Notes: generated by a model from the letters alone, not told the origin. A DNA stretch of 64,000 bases from Octopus sinensis (GCF_006345805.1 NW_021836304.1:1-64000), one strand, 5' to 3'; counted from the stretch's first letter, positions 25,342 to 39,927 are shown. Program-made: numbers and translations.

Positions 25342-25588
25342 GTTTTATACACATTAAAATATATAATGTTTTTTTCTAATATTTTATTTGTTTCAGTCAT
25401 TAGACACCACCCTGAAGAACTTTTAGCCGAATAAAAGGATCCGAGTACTTTTTTTAAAGCCTAATACTTTTTTTCTGAAGTCTGGTACTTTTGTCGAACC
25501 GCTAATTTATGCAAACGTAAATACACCAACAACAGTTGTCAAACTATGATCAGGGACAAACACGGACACAATGACACACATACATATA

Positions 25589-25620
<32 letters not shown>

Positions 25621-25670
25621 CATACATACTACATACATACATACATACCACACACACACATATATATATA

Positions 25671-25720
<50 letters not shown>

Positions 25721-25862
25721 GCATACATATATATATATACATATATATAATACATATATATAACATACATATATATAAAGCTTAAATTATAGAAACAAAA
25801 GACGAAGATAGCCGTAGGAGCAAGCGAGTGTATTAGTTTGACGCTCGGGAAAAATAGAAAAG

Positions 25863-25900
25863 TCTTTTACGTCCCGAGCCTACGCTCTTTGACAGAAAGG
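25863..25900 (-). ncRNA. Minimal hammerhead-like motif, U6 variant (copy 2, core decayed)
   Basis: CCTTT CTGTCAA A GAGC GTAG GCTC GGG ACGT A AAAGA; G8 and the GAA core are mutated. Confidence 0.5.
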
Positions 25901-26935
25901 AATAAAAGGAAATAAACAGAGAGAAAATGAAAAAAAAACGTATAGAGTTCAGCGGTTCAACATGGTGATGATTGAAAAAAAGAAGTGTTGAATTAAAGGG
26001 AGATAATAATAAAGAGAGGTTGAATGAAAGGGAGATAATAATGGTGGTTATATGGTGATGAGCCCAACAAACTAAAGTGCGCAAGCGTATGTGTGTGTAT
26101 GAGAATGGTGTGTGTAGGTGCCTATATGTGAATGGGGGCGAGTTTGACGTGTGCGTGTATGTGTGCGTGCTGTGTTATGTGTAGCAGTTGTGTGCTTTTT
26201 CACGTGATATGTGCACATGTCCATGGGTGTGTATTTGTGCCTCTGGGACCGAGTGGTGTGTTAACATGACTATGGGTGTGTACATGTTCTCTGGGACCGA
26301 ATAGTGTACCTGTGTATAGTGTATGTATGTGGGTGAAAGCTATCTTTGTCTATGTGTGTTGCGTGTGCGTGTATATATTTTCTGTGTTCAGGTATTATCC
26401 GCTCATGTGGGTGTACATACATATATATGTAGAAATATATATATGTGTGTGTGTGTGTGTGTATTTATAGATATATTAATACATATATAGATAGATATAC
26501 ACGCATACGCACACAAAATACATGCATGTATATGTGAGTGTGTGTTGATGTATGTATGGTTAGGTATATGTTTATGTGTATGTGTGTGTGTTTATGTGCG
26601 TGCATGTGTGTGTGTATTGGTGGTATAACCCTTACTTGAGATGCAATTAAGCGAAAGAAAGTACTCAATGGTATTAGGCAAACTGGAATAATATTTGTCC
26701 AAAGTTTCACATGTATGAATTGTCTGATGATCAGCAGCGACAATCCGAGTAGCGAGTACTCAAAGATCAGACTTTCGCCACATGAACGTATGGGCGCATA
26801 CTGTCACGCACCCAAACCCCACCACACACACACACACACATACTCACACATACACACGCATAAACACACGTGTATATATATACGCAACACATATACTTAC
26901 TCAGATTCATACATGTGTAGGTGTGTATATGTGTG

Positions 26936-27044
<109 letters not shown>

Positions 27045-27175
27045 GTATATGTATGTATACATACACACACATCGATAGATAAATAAATACGTTCATACAT
27101 TCTTTGCTGCGATATCAAAGTAACCTGATATCTCAAGAGGAGATAGATTCCACCCTAATCTTTCAATGAACTTAC

Positions 27176-27297
27176 AATATACCCCAGCACTTTGCCTTTC
27201 ACCGTTTCTCGATTTTCGGGTACCGGACTCCATGTGACATTAATTGCCGATTCATTATATCCAGACCCTCCAATTTCTTCAGGGACTGCTACAGGTA
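27176..27297 (-). CDS. Cont: Contactin-like exon (FN3-3, first half)
   Basis: cttgcatttcag acceptor, ATT|gtaagt donor; phase 1/0; LPVAVPEEIGGSGYNESAINVTWSPVPENRETVKGKVLGYI. Confidence 0.94.
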
Positions 27298-27418
27298 CTG
27301 AAATGCAAGAGAAAGGTGAGGTGAATATTGGTAATTGTTCGAGATATAAAACACGTTAACTTATTCACACATTTTCGTACTGTGCTTTCGACATTTGCCG
27401 TTGCCTGTAGGTGTATAC

Positions 27419-27452
<34 letters not shown>

Positions 27453-27810
27453 GTGTGTGTGCACGTGAGTGTGTGAGTGTGTGTGTGCACGTGAGTGTGT
27501 GTGAATATGTTTCTATGCATGCATAAGTGTATGTATTTATCTACATACGTAAATATATATATATATGTATATATATAATATTATATTAAATTTGAGATAA
27601 AACCACTATTAGGCAAATCAAACTGAAAAACGTAAGCCAATACATAAAATTAATTTTAAAATATAAAAGTTAAAAATAAAAAATTATTTAAATAATTTAA
27701 ACTTATAAATTTTATATATATGTATGTATGTATATTTTAAATATTATTTTATTTATTAATTTTTTTTAAAATATATATCAAAAGTATAAAAGTTTAATAA
27801 AGATAAAGAG

Positions 27811-27847
<37 letters not shown>

Positions 27848-27904
27848 GTATATATATATATTATATATATTATATATGCAATATACTTTTACATGAAGAA
27901 GGTG

Positions 27905-27975
27905 ACAGTGACTTCAAAGCGTCGGTTTGCTGACCAGCATCCGCCGAAGGCTAGCAGACCGAATCTTCAAACTCT
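27905..27975 (-). ncRNA. Decayed hammerhead-like motif (TTCGAA stem III family)
   Basis: AGAGT TTGAAGA TTC GGTCTGCT..AGCAAACC GACGC TTTGAA GTC ACTGT; GAAAC mutated to GACGC. Confidence 0.4.
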
Positions 27976-28991
27976 TTGTGACATCTCTTCTTGTAAGATT
28001 GTAATAAAAATCTGCTCTAAAGAAGACATCAGGTAAATTTTTGTTTAATGTTAAATCGTTTTTATTATAACTCGACATGAAAACAAACATTAATTATATA
28101 TTATATATTTTTATATATATATATATATATTATATATTATATATATTATAATATATATATGAGTGTGTCTGTGAATAAACATGGACACACACATACCATG
28201 CACACACATACATAATACATGCGTGTGTGTGTGTGTGTGTGTGTGGTAGGAAACTGTGCCCTCAATATTTAATAACAACACGCTTACGCTGCTCTATGTT
28301 TCAGGGAACAATAGATCCTCCCACACAGCAGACAGAGCTTCCGCCTATTACTCTTTCGAGGACATAAGGAAACCTCTTTGTGTTTTAAACAGACGTCCGA
28401 CAGAGGGTCATTTTGTTTCTTAGCGGATCTCTTTTATTTTGTGAGGAATTGGATCTTGTCAAAGGCCTCCTTTAGACTCGCATCACTTGCAAAAGATTAG
28501 TTACTGTCGTTAGTAATGCTCTCATTGTTATTGATATTGCTTTTGTTAAGTTTATCTTTTCATCACTTTTACTTTTTGCTCATTTTCATAGTGTCAGTGT
28601 AAATGTTTGTGTTCAAATTTTACGATGATACATTTAATCTGTTTAGTAGAGGCTGTGGCAGTAATGACGATAGTAGTAGTAGTAGTAGTGGTGGTGGTGG
28701 TGGTGGTGGTGGTGGTGGTTATGGTGGTGGTGGTGGTGGTAGTAGTAGTTGTAGTAGTAGTAGTAGTAGTAAGTAGAAGAAGAGAAGAAGAAGAAGAAGA
28801 GAAGAAGAGAAGAAGAAGAAGAGAAAAGAACACGAAGAGAGAAGAAGAAAAGAAGAAGAAGAAGAAGAAGAAGAAAGAAGAAAGAAGAAGAAAGACAGTT
28901 TCAAAAGAACCGTAAAACACAATTGCAAAAGAACAAAAAGGGGAATTATAAGCAAAGATATGGGAGAAAGAGTAGTGTGTGTGTGTGTGTG

Positions 28992-29039
<48 letters not shown>

Positions 29040-29315
29040 GCGAGCGCGTGTGTGAGAGAGAGAGAGAGCCTGAGGGAAGAGAGAGATTATCGCAGGAGAT
29101 CATGGTTATTGTGGTTATATAATAGCTGCTATGCCCTAACTTCAGTGAAATAATGTTTATTCAGCACAAAGTAAGGTACACGTAACACCTTTACAGTAGC
29201 TACAGCTACATACATCACCCGAAGCTATTCGGTGAAATATTTATTCAATACACGTCATATACACCCATCTCTCATAAAATCGTTGTAAAGGTTGAGTAAA
29301 ACAATATTCCTGCAA

Positions 29316-30075
29316 CATGCTGTGAGGTGACTTAGTGGTTCGAGTATTCGGCTCACGATCGCAATGTCGTGAGATCGATTCTCGGTGGCGGATTGTCTCC
29401 TTGAGCAAGACACTATTTCAGTCCACTCAGCTGGCAAGAGTGAGTAGTACTTATTTCTTTATTACCCACTAGGGGTTAAACACAGAGGGGATAAACAAGG
29501 ACAGACAAACAGATTAAGTCGATTACATCGACCCCAGTGCGTAACTGGTACTTAATTTATCGACCCCGAAAGGATGAAAGGCAAAGTCGACCTCGGCGGA
29601 ATTTGAACTCAGAACGTAACGGCAGATGAAATACCTATTTCTTTACTACCCACAAGGGACTAAACACAGAAGGAACAAACAAGGACAGACAAACAGATTA
29701 AGTCGATTATATCGACCCCAGTGCGTAACTGGTACTTATTTAATCGACCCCGAAAGGATAGAAGGCAAAGTCAACCTCGGCGGAATTTGAACTCAGAACT
29801 TAACGGCTGACGAAATACCGCTCAGCATTTCGCCCGGCATGCTAACGTTTCTGCCAGCTCGCCGCCTTAAAAATGAGTAGTACTTGTATTTCAAAGAGCC
29901 AGCCTTGTCACATTCTGTGTCATGCAAAATCTCCCTGACTACGAGTGCTCTTAGCTACTTTAAGGATACGCGTGTTTGTGTAGTGTTCAGCCACTTGCAT
30001 GTTAATTTCACGAGTAAGCTGTTCCATTGAGCGGATCAATTGGGTTCCTCGTCGTCGTAACCGACGGAATTCCAG
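29316..30075 (+). mobile_element. SINE family A interrupted by an antisense tandem pair of SINE family B
   Basis: tgagtagtactt duplicated at 29441-29452 and 29874-29885 around the insert. Confidence 0.8.
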
Positions 30076-30145
30076 AGGTAGACCGATCACTAATAGTTGT
30101 ATGCACACCATCAAGTTCCGGTAATGTATATACAACACGCAATTA

Positions 30146-30642
30146 CCGTAAATCCTCGAGTATAGTCCGCCCTTGAGTATAATACGCAGGGGAATTTTAG
30201 GGGGCTGTACCTCTGAAAAACTTAAACCTTGTGTATAATACGCACTCCTTCTCCAGCAGCACCTAGTCGAACAAACACTTCCACGCATGCGTAATACAAT
30301 AATGGTGATGTTCTCAACTGTTATATGGGAATGTAAATATGTTTGCAAATTGTGTTTGTTACATGTTATTCTGTGTTCTGAATACTTTTATTTTAATAAA
30401 TGTTGCTTACTGCAAGTTATGGATGATTCTTTTATGACTCCATTGCTTTCAGGCTTAGCTTAAGGTATTTTCGCGCCCGACATCACAAAATATGTCTGAT
30501 TAAACATTGCCGGACAACAAATAGAGACTCGGACATTGCTTAGAAAATATTTTTCATTTTTAACCTCGTATATAGTACGCACTAAGGATTTTGACCTTTA
30601 AATTTGGGGGGGGGGATGCGGATTGTACTCGAGGATTTACAG
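30146..30642. mobile_element. Tc1/mariner (pogo/Tigger-like) MITE
   Basis: TIR ccgtaaatcctcgagtatagtccgc / gcggattgtactcgaggatttacag, TA flanks. Confidence 0.8.
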
Positions 30643-31725
30643 TAATATTCACTCATTACCGTTATAATTGTTGCATATATGCCTTCAAGTTCTTGTGTCG
30701 TAATGCTTACTCAGCATTTACTAATGTGTATGCAATACCCTTACAATAGCTATATATAAATCCTCAGCGGTGGCAGGCGCGGCTGTGCTTAGAAGCTTGC
30801 TTCCTAATCACATGGTTCCGAGTTCAGTCCCACTGCGTGGCATTTTAAGAAAGCGTCTTCTACTATAGCCTCGGGTTGACCAAAGCTTTGTCCGCTGATT
30901 TGGTAGACAGATACTAAAAGAAACCCGTCGTATATGTATTTATTATGTGTATGTGTGTGTGCGTATCTGTGTCTGTGTGTCTGTGTTTGTCCTCTACGAC
31001 CGCATGACAACCAGTGTTAGTTTCTTTAGGTCCCCTTAAACAGAAGAGACCGTTAGTATAAATACTAGACTTTAAAAATTAGTCCTGAGGTCGAATTGTT
31101 CGACTGAAGCAATAAAAGATAAAAGATTCAGTGAAATTATATTTATTCAGTATACAATAAGTTACACGTATTACCGCTATATTATTTCACCGTATCTTGA
31201 AGATGTGTATGCCATATAAATATCTTCACATTACAGTAAAATAATTCTTATTCGACACGCAGTAAGGGACACCCATCACTCTTTCAATAACATTATGCAC
31301 ACTCATTATGTGGAAAGTTTGAAGAGTCTATGATCATCTCTGGAACATAAGTGATGTATGTTCCCAGAGTGAACGAATTCGGATGAAAAATATTGATTTG
31401 AAGGGAGGACAAGAAAAGGCCTTCACACATACACGCACACGCACACACACACATCTTCCGTTTTAGTATATATAAGATATATATATATATATATATGCAT
31501 AAATATAAGCATTCATGCATGCTTACACAAATACCGCATATGTGTATGTCTATATATATATATATATATATATACTCATGCACACACATGCATATATGCA
31601 TGCATAAGCATGCCACTTCTATGTATGCGGGAATTCACGCATCCACCCATAGAAACCAGCGCGCATGCGTACACATACAAACAGGCTCGGCTAAGACGAT
31701 GTCTCTTTCAACTGGCAATACTCAC

Positions 31726-31873
31726 AATCTTCTGCCGAATAAATGGTCACAATCGAAGAGTTTGGCCCTGGTCCGATATTATTGAATGCCTGAACTTGAA
31801 CTTCGTATTTAGTGTAAAATTTACTGCGGCCGACATAGGCGGAAAATTCATTCATATTGCCTTCGATTTTTGT
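31726..31873 (-). CDS. Cont: Contactin-like exon (FN3-2 end)
   Basis: ttttgtttttcag acceptor, T|gtgagt donor; phase 0/1; TKIEGNMNEFSAYVGRSKFYTKYEVQVQAFNNIGPGPNSSIVTIYSAED (contactin hallmark Y.V.VQAFN..G.GP.S....IYSAED). Confidence 0.95.
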
Positions 31874-32479
31874 CTGAAAAACAAAAAACAATAACAGTAA
31901 AATTTTCCATAGCATGAAAACTGGATGTTAATGGAAGGAATTTAGTCGATTAAATTGACCTAGTACTTGACTGGTATTTGATTGTATTGCTCCGAAAGGA
32001 TGAAACAGGAAAACTACCTCAGAAGATTTTGAACTCAGGATATTAACTTGAAAACTTGTAATATGCTTGGTAGTGTATTACGGTTTCAAACCGAAATACT
32101 GTCTTTGTCAGCGATGAATATGTACGTACCAGTTACCAGGAATGCGTTTGATATGTAAATTAGTTTATCCAACCTAGTGGGTATTTAAGTATTGTATTCG
32201 TAGATAGTTGATGGTTTGGATGTGGTGCTAATGAAAGAGCAATAACTCTTGAAAGATGAACCCACTATCTTTGATCGCACTGTTTACATAGACTATTTGT
32301 ATAAGAAATGTCGTAACATTCAGCGCTGACTCTGAATTCTAAAAAAATCCACAGAGATAGACTTAAAGTGAGAATATTGCACTGATAATGCAAAGTAAGA
32401 CATCATAATGACTTGTAAGCCTGTAATATATGCGGTAATATATTAAGGTTGTAAAACGAAATGCTGTGTCCTTGACAGC

Positions 32480-34300
32480 TTTTATTTTTTAAAGCTATAC
32501 ATATAACTGGATATTTTATATAGAAAGACAGAAAATTTAGATATGAAAGGAGAGAGATTTTACACACGGATGCATAGAAATTTTAGATATGAATAGATAG
32601 AAATTTTATTTGTGGATGGTAAGAAATTTTAATATGGATAGATAGAAATGTTATTTGTCGAAGGATAGTAATTTTATATATGGCTGTACAGAAGTTATAT
32701 ATGGATAAATTTTATATATGGATGGATAAAAGCTATATGTATGGATGAATAGAAGGTTTATACATAGTTGGAAATAATTTTATATAAGGATGGAAAGAAA
32801 TTTTATATAAAATATAAAAGGAAATAATATATATGGCGGAATAGAAAATTTAATACGTGGATGGATAAGTATATTATTTAAGGATAGCTGGAAATTTCAG
32901 ATATAGATAGATAGAAATTTTATATATGGAAGGATAGAGAGTTTACAACCGGATTTTAATTATATCTTTTAGAAATATTATATATGGATGAATAGATAAT
33001 CTATACATAGATGGAAAAAATATATATGAATTAATAGAGATATCTCTATGTGATAGATAGAAATTTATGGATATGGATAGACAGAAAGTTTACATATGTG
33101 GATGGGTAAAACTATCAACAATAAATGGATAGATATGGATGGATGGAAATTTTTATGTATGGATAGGTGGAATTTTTTGTGGAATTCTGGTTTAAACACC
33201 CCATATAACCCCTCATAACTTTTTTATTTGGGGGAATTTTCAGAAAATTTTTGTAAATTTGCATTTTATACACGGGAATTCATACGATTATTCAAAACAT
33301 TTTTTTTATTTTAAGCCCCACCACCACCACCACCACCACCACCGCCGCCACCGTAAATCCAAAATTTTCCACACTTTTTCGAGTTCTTTTTTTAATCAGA
33401 GTTTCAAATACGGATAGCAATGGACCACTCTTGGGTACACCATCATTCCATTAAATGTGTTTATGGGAAAGAAATACTGGAAAACATCAATATGTCAGAG
33501 TGACAAGGAAACGAAGAAGGTAAAAACCAACAGCCGAGGCGGCGAGCTGGCAGAAACGTTAGCACACCGGACGAAATGCGAAGCCGTATTTCGCCTGCCG
33601 CTACGTTCTGAGTTCAAATTCCGCCGACGTTGCCTTTCATCCTTTCGGGGTCGATTAAATAAGTACCAGTTACGCATTGGGGTCGATGTAATCGACTTAA
33701 TCCGCTTGTCTGTCCTTGTTTGTTCTCTCTGTGTTTAGCCCCTTGTGAGTAGTAAAGAAATAGGTAAAAACCAACAGCCAAATCGCCCTTAAATCGCACA
33801 CACGAAATTTTTTGGAATAATCATATGAATTCCCATGTGTAGAACACAAATTCTCAAAAATTGTCTGAAAATTCCAAAACATGAAAATAGTAATGAAGGG
33901 TTATATTTGGTGCTTAAACTAGAATTCCGCCGATTTTTTTTTATATGAATGGAAAACAAAATTATGTATGGAAGGATAGAATTTTAAATTTGGAGGTACA
34001 GAATTTTTATTTATAGATATACAGAAATTTATGTAGATGGATGGATAGAAATATAATAAGAATTAGCACAACCAACATAGTTGGATGTGTTGAGCAGATC
34101 TCCTTTAAACTGCTATTGACGCCCAGGGATATCATCTCATGTTGACGACACATACTCATCAAGCACTGACTATAGCGACTGATGAAATAATCATCTGCAC
34201 CGGTAGAAATACATATGGATGGACAGAAATATTCTATGTGGATGGAAAGAAATTGTATATACAACATATAATATTATTGAATTATCATTTGGGGATTGAT
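32480..34300. repeat. Degenerate ~21-25-bp minisatellite (tatatggatggatagaaattt), interrupted by other sequence including a SINE
   Basis: Recurrent motif at 32480-33180 and 33940-34270. Confidence 0.7.
33537..33761 (+). mobile_element. SINE family B (aggcggcgagctggcagaaacgttagc...), full length
   Basis: 18-bp TSD aggtaaaaaccaacagcc at 33518-33535 and 33762-33779; more than a dozen other copies or fragments in the window. Confidence 0.85.
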
Positions 34301-34582
34301 GGAAAAACTTTTACGTTTTCTTTCTTGTAATAACTTGATTTTAGAAATAAGAAAATAGGTAAATATTATAGATTTGAGGCCGGAATACAAAATTTACTGA
34401 TATGGTGAAGTGATATGCTTGATGTGTGAGCGATGCATGAGATGTTAAAGACGTAGTGTTAAATTATAGGCCAGCTAAGAATTTTGAGATCAATTAGTTA
34501 TTAGTTCTTAAATTCGATAGAAAGCGAGGACTTTGAGTGCATGTGTATGAGTATATGTAGCTTCTCTCTCTCTCTCCCTCTG

Positions 34583-34625
<43 letters not shown>

Positions 34626-34761
34626 TAGAGGAGAGAGAGAGGAGGTACAAGCATGTGTGCACACACACACACACAAGTATAAGCGTATATAAATATAAAT
34701 ATATATATATAGGTATTTATACCTATGCACACACACACACACACACCACACACACACACAT

Positions 34762-34792
<31 letters not shown>

Positions 34793-35368
34793 GATATATA
34801 TATATACATAATATATATTATAAATATAAATGTATAAATATATATGAATATATATATCCATATATATACAAATATACCAATATTCATATGCATGTAAGTA
34901 GGGATGTAAGTATGCATGTATGTATGTATGTATGTAGGTAGGTAGGTAGGTAGGTAAGGTAGGTTATCATACATATATATACATACATGCATACATACAT
35001 ACATACATACATACATACATACATACATACATACATACATACATACATAAATAGGCAGTTAGGCAGATATGTAATTGATATCAATATAATATTTATAACA
35101 AAATACAAAAAATTGTAAGTTTTTTGCTTTTTAGTTGAAATTTATTTAGTTAAGATTTTGCTGTGCATGAGTGATTCATGAGGACACAATAAGAACAAAT
35201 TGATTGATTTTAGTAATGGGGAGTTCCGTGTGGGTATGGAGGGGGATACACAGGAGGGGGAGGAGACACGTGAGTAAATTATCGATTATTTCTGCATGAT
35301 CGATATAGGAAATCCAATGTTCGTTTCGGATTTTAACGCTACTGATGACGATAATAATCATGGTAATA

Positions 35369-35399
<31 letters not shown>

Positions 35400-35680
35400 G
35401 AAGGAGAGGAGGGAAGTGCAGTTGAAAAAGATGTTGATAATACACCCAGTTCTCATGCAATGGTCTCCATAATAATAATAATGATAATTCTTTCTATTAT
35501 AGGTACAAGGCTTGAAATTTAGGGGAGGTGGATTACATCGATCCCAACTGTATTTAACTGGTATTTAATTTATGGACCCCGAAAGGATGAAAGGCAAAGT
35601 CAACCTCGGCGGAATTTGAACTCAGAACGTAAAGACGAGCAAAATGCTGCCGATTCTTCCAACTCGCCAACTTCGTAATG

Positions 35681-35729
<49 letters not shown>

Positions 35730-35770
35730 TAATAATAATGATAATAATAATGATAATAATAATAATAATA

Positions 35771-35811
<41 letters not shown>

Positions 35812-36398
35812 GTTTCTAATTTTGGCACAAGGCCAGCAAGTTTACGGGAGCAAGATAAGTTGATTACATCGACCCCAGTGTTTAACAGGTATTTATTTAT
35901 GGACCCCGAAAGGATGAAAAGCAAAGTGACCTCGGCGAAATTTGAACTCAGAACGTAAAGATGGACGAAATACAGCTATGCATTTTACCGGGTGTGCTAA
36001 CGATTCTGCCAGCTCGCATGATACTAAATAATAACAAGAGCACTCAGAGAGCGCAAGCCTCCACCAAGGCAACACCAACGCCCTCTCAACGATTTGCCAG
36101 AGATGATTTTTAAAATGAGAATATCTTAAATAAACTCGACTGCTCTCACAAACGAGTATACTGGAAATGAAACCGACCACTCCCAAAACTTAAATAAAAA
36201 AGCAGGAAAAAATTGTCCAGAATCCTTGTCCGGTATCGTATCGATCCTAAAATCTAATCAGTTCGCGCCAGTCACAAAGACAAACATCTCTGATAGTTTC
36301 ATCTGAATCCATTCAGCGGTTCTTGACATATCTTGTCCAAGGACAAACAAACAAACAAGCACGACTGAAAACAATACCTCTGCCTTAGCGAAGGCGAA

Positions 36399-36460
<62 letters not shown>

Positions 36461-36942
36461 TAATAATAATACTGATAATAATGCTGAATACTACAGATTT
36501 GCTTGTCAGTTGCTTGACCATAACCAGTTGAGCTTGTTCCTTCGTGGCTGACGATATCTAAATCTCTGATCACGAGCAGAAATGTTTTGAGGAGCATCAT
36601 ATCCATGTTTTAAGGGGAATTCTTTGGGATTTGAATAATTCTAGAAACATGGGTGTTTCGTTCATCATCCTTAAACAAACCATATTCAGAAACCTTTTGA
36701 GCGGATGGGATACTTGACCCGAAGAAAATTCTGAGTGGGCCCCACCTGCAAGATCATGCGCTATTTATTTTGATGCAAGATCACCATATCGCTCGCATAT
36801 GGTTGTAATGCATGTGCCTGCTGTACCCTTGTCAGACTGGTAGTCATGACGGGTATGTAGGGATTCGTATATCTGTATGCCAGTGTCACTTTGATGGCAT
36901 GCACTTATCTGTCACTCAATAATAATAATAATAATAATAATA

Positions 36943-36983
<41 letters not shown>

Positions 36984-36998
36984 TACTACTACTACTAC

Positions 36999-37040
<42 letters not shown>

Positions 37041-37129
37041 TATTATTATTATTATTCTAATTTCTATTTTTATTTTTATTGTTGTTGTTGTTATTATTAT
37101 TATCATTATTATTATTATTATTACTATTA

Positions 37130-37162
<33 letters not shown>

Positions 37163-37204
37163 GTATTTTTATTTTCATTGTTGTTGTTGTTGTTATTATT
37201 ATTA

Positions 37205-37244
<40 letters not shown>

Positions 37245-37519
37245 CATCATCATTATTATTATTATTATAAATTCTGGAAAAATAAATGGTAATGTTAATC
37301 TCAGTTGGAATTGAATTCATTTACGTATGTACGGTTGTAGGTTCAATACATGTTTGCATATAGCTTGACAGATAGCTCCCCACACACACACATATAATAT
37401 ATATATATATATATAATATATATATATATAGATATATATATACATTTACATATATATATATATATATATATCCTTTTCTATCTATGCACAAGGCCAAAAT
37501 TTTTGGTGGGGGCAGTCCG

Positions 37520-37604
<85 letters not shown>

Positions 37605-37616
37605 TACATACATATA

Positions 37617-37859
37617 TCGTTGCTATTATGCAAAATTATTGTAAGTCCACGACTTTGTTTTTTTTTTCTTTCAGAAAACGAAAAATAGTTTCACCATTCC
37701 ATAGTAAAACCGTTGTACAATTTTTGATATCTTGGCATTTGAAGCAGCTGGAGATACGATATATTTGACCAAAAGAACAGGCTATGGCAAGCAAAAATAA
37801 GTATTAAAAAAAACATTTGGCCTCATTTGGACATACGACAGTTTAACATATAGCAATGA
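37617..37859. mobile_element. TA-flanked MITE, family 1 (opposite orientation)
   Basis: tcgttgctattatg ... catatagcaatga, TA flanks; interior is the reverse complement of 6644-6900. Confidence 0.75.
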
Positions 37860-38398
37860 TATGCATGTATTTATATGTGCATGTTTGTGAGTAGGTTGCT
37901 GGGTAAGTAGGTAGAGAGGTTGATGGATAAACTGTCAGGTAGGTAGACAGGGTGCCAGACAGGCAGGTCGGCAGGGTGCCAGACAGGCAAGTAGGCAGGG
38001 TGCCAGATAGGTAAGTAAGGAATCGGTATCAATATAACAGCTACAAAGAAGTGGGGTAGATTTGTGAGTTTGTTTCTTTTTCTTCTTCGGTTAAAATGTT
38101 CTTAATAAGATTCTGTTGTTTAAAGGTGATTTACAGACACTATACGAAATTTTTTTTACCAATGTTCTAATGATTCTGGCGGTTTTGCGCCTTTGATTAT
38201 GATTAAGGCACAAAGCCTGCAATTTTGAGAGAAAAGGGAGTCAGTCGACTATCAATACTCAGTTGCTATTTATTCAATCTACTCCCTGACAGTGCGTAAG
38301 GCGTAATCTTGACGGACTTTCAACTCAGAACGTAAACCCAGAAGAATCACCACTAAGCATTTTGTCCGGCTTGCTAACGACTCTGCTAGATCGTCGCT

Positions 38399-38446
<48 letters not shown>

Positions 38447-39235
38447 GAATAATATATGATGATATATTATGAATGATATGATAACGACGACGCTGATGAC
38501 TACTATATAATAATACCAATAATATAATATTCTCTGATGGACCAGTTAGTTTCTCATGGCTTCTCTCTAACTGATTGGAGGTGTTATCATTTACATTGTT
38601 TTGTCTTGGTATAAAAGATGGGCTACAGCAAATATTCTGTTCAATACCACAGATTTGCTTGTCACTTGCTTGACCTTAACCAATTGAAGATGTCCCTTTG
38701 TAGCTGGCAATATGTGCATCTCTGATCAGGAGTGAAAGTATCGGGGGACCATCGTAACCATGTGCTGAGAGGAATTCTTTGGGACTTGAATAATTTACCC
38801 CAAGAAACATGGGTGTTTCGTTCAACATCCTTAAACAACCCTTACTCAAGGTAGTCATGATGGGTACATTGGGCTTCGTATATTTCTACCCCAACGTCAG
38901 TTCATGGCATGCTCTGCTCTGTCACTCAATAGTAATAAAAATAATCCTTAAAATTTCTGCCAAAGTCAAAAATCATGGGGGAGAGAGGAAAATGTTAATA
39001 GTTCTGAGGTCTATTTACATATCCCACCCAGCCCTATACTAAATGCTCTTCGGTCACGAATGACCATGGGATTGCACCTAAAAAGTTACCCTCCTAGACA
39101 CAAGTCCGGGCAAGGTTGTTTATCCACAACAGAGTTCAAGGTCAATTTTTGTCAAGCGGTTTTACTCTGTATGCTTTAGCATCGTTACTATGGCAACAGG
39201 CCGGATACTTATTGATCACACCTTGTATATACACT

Positions 39236-39284
39236 TAGACAGACAGACAGATAGACAGACAGACAGACAGATAGACAGATAGAC

Positions 39285-39380
<96 letters not shown>

Positions 39381-39418
39381 TGATAGATAGATAGATAGAT
39401 AGATAGAATAGATAGATA

Positions 39419-39457
<39 letters not shown>

Positions 39458-39463
39458 TAGATT

Positions 39464-39533
<70 letters not shown>

Positions 39534-39927
39534 CAAGGAAACGAAGCAATCTGTGGGATTTCGACAACAGAATGGGTTATACAATGAAGAGAACTCACAA
39601 ATAACCACGGAGAATCGAACTTTTCCCTCCAGTATACCATATAGCCAATGCCACTTCCTCCTTGGTCTTTAGGCTCAAGTTTCTGAAACAAGGGAAAATG
39701 AATGCATTAGACAGATAAAATGACACACAGATATGTGTGTGTATGTGTGTGTGTGTGTTTGTGTGTGTGTTGTGCGAGTGTGTGTGTGCGTGTGTGTGTC
39801 TGTGTTTGTGTGTGTGTTTGTGTGTGTGTTGTGTGTGTGTGTGTGTGTGTGTGTCTGTGTGTGTGTGTTTGTGTGTGTGTGTGCGTGCGTGTGTGTATGT
39901 GTGTGTCTGTGTGTGTGTGTGCGTGCG

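Noticed and set aside
37925-38010. Three ~24-bp direct repeats (ggcagggtgccagacagg)
   Set aside because: Adjacent repeats without unique spacers in a eukaryotic intron; a minisatellite, not CRISPR
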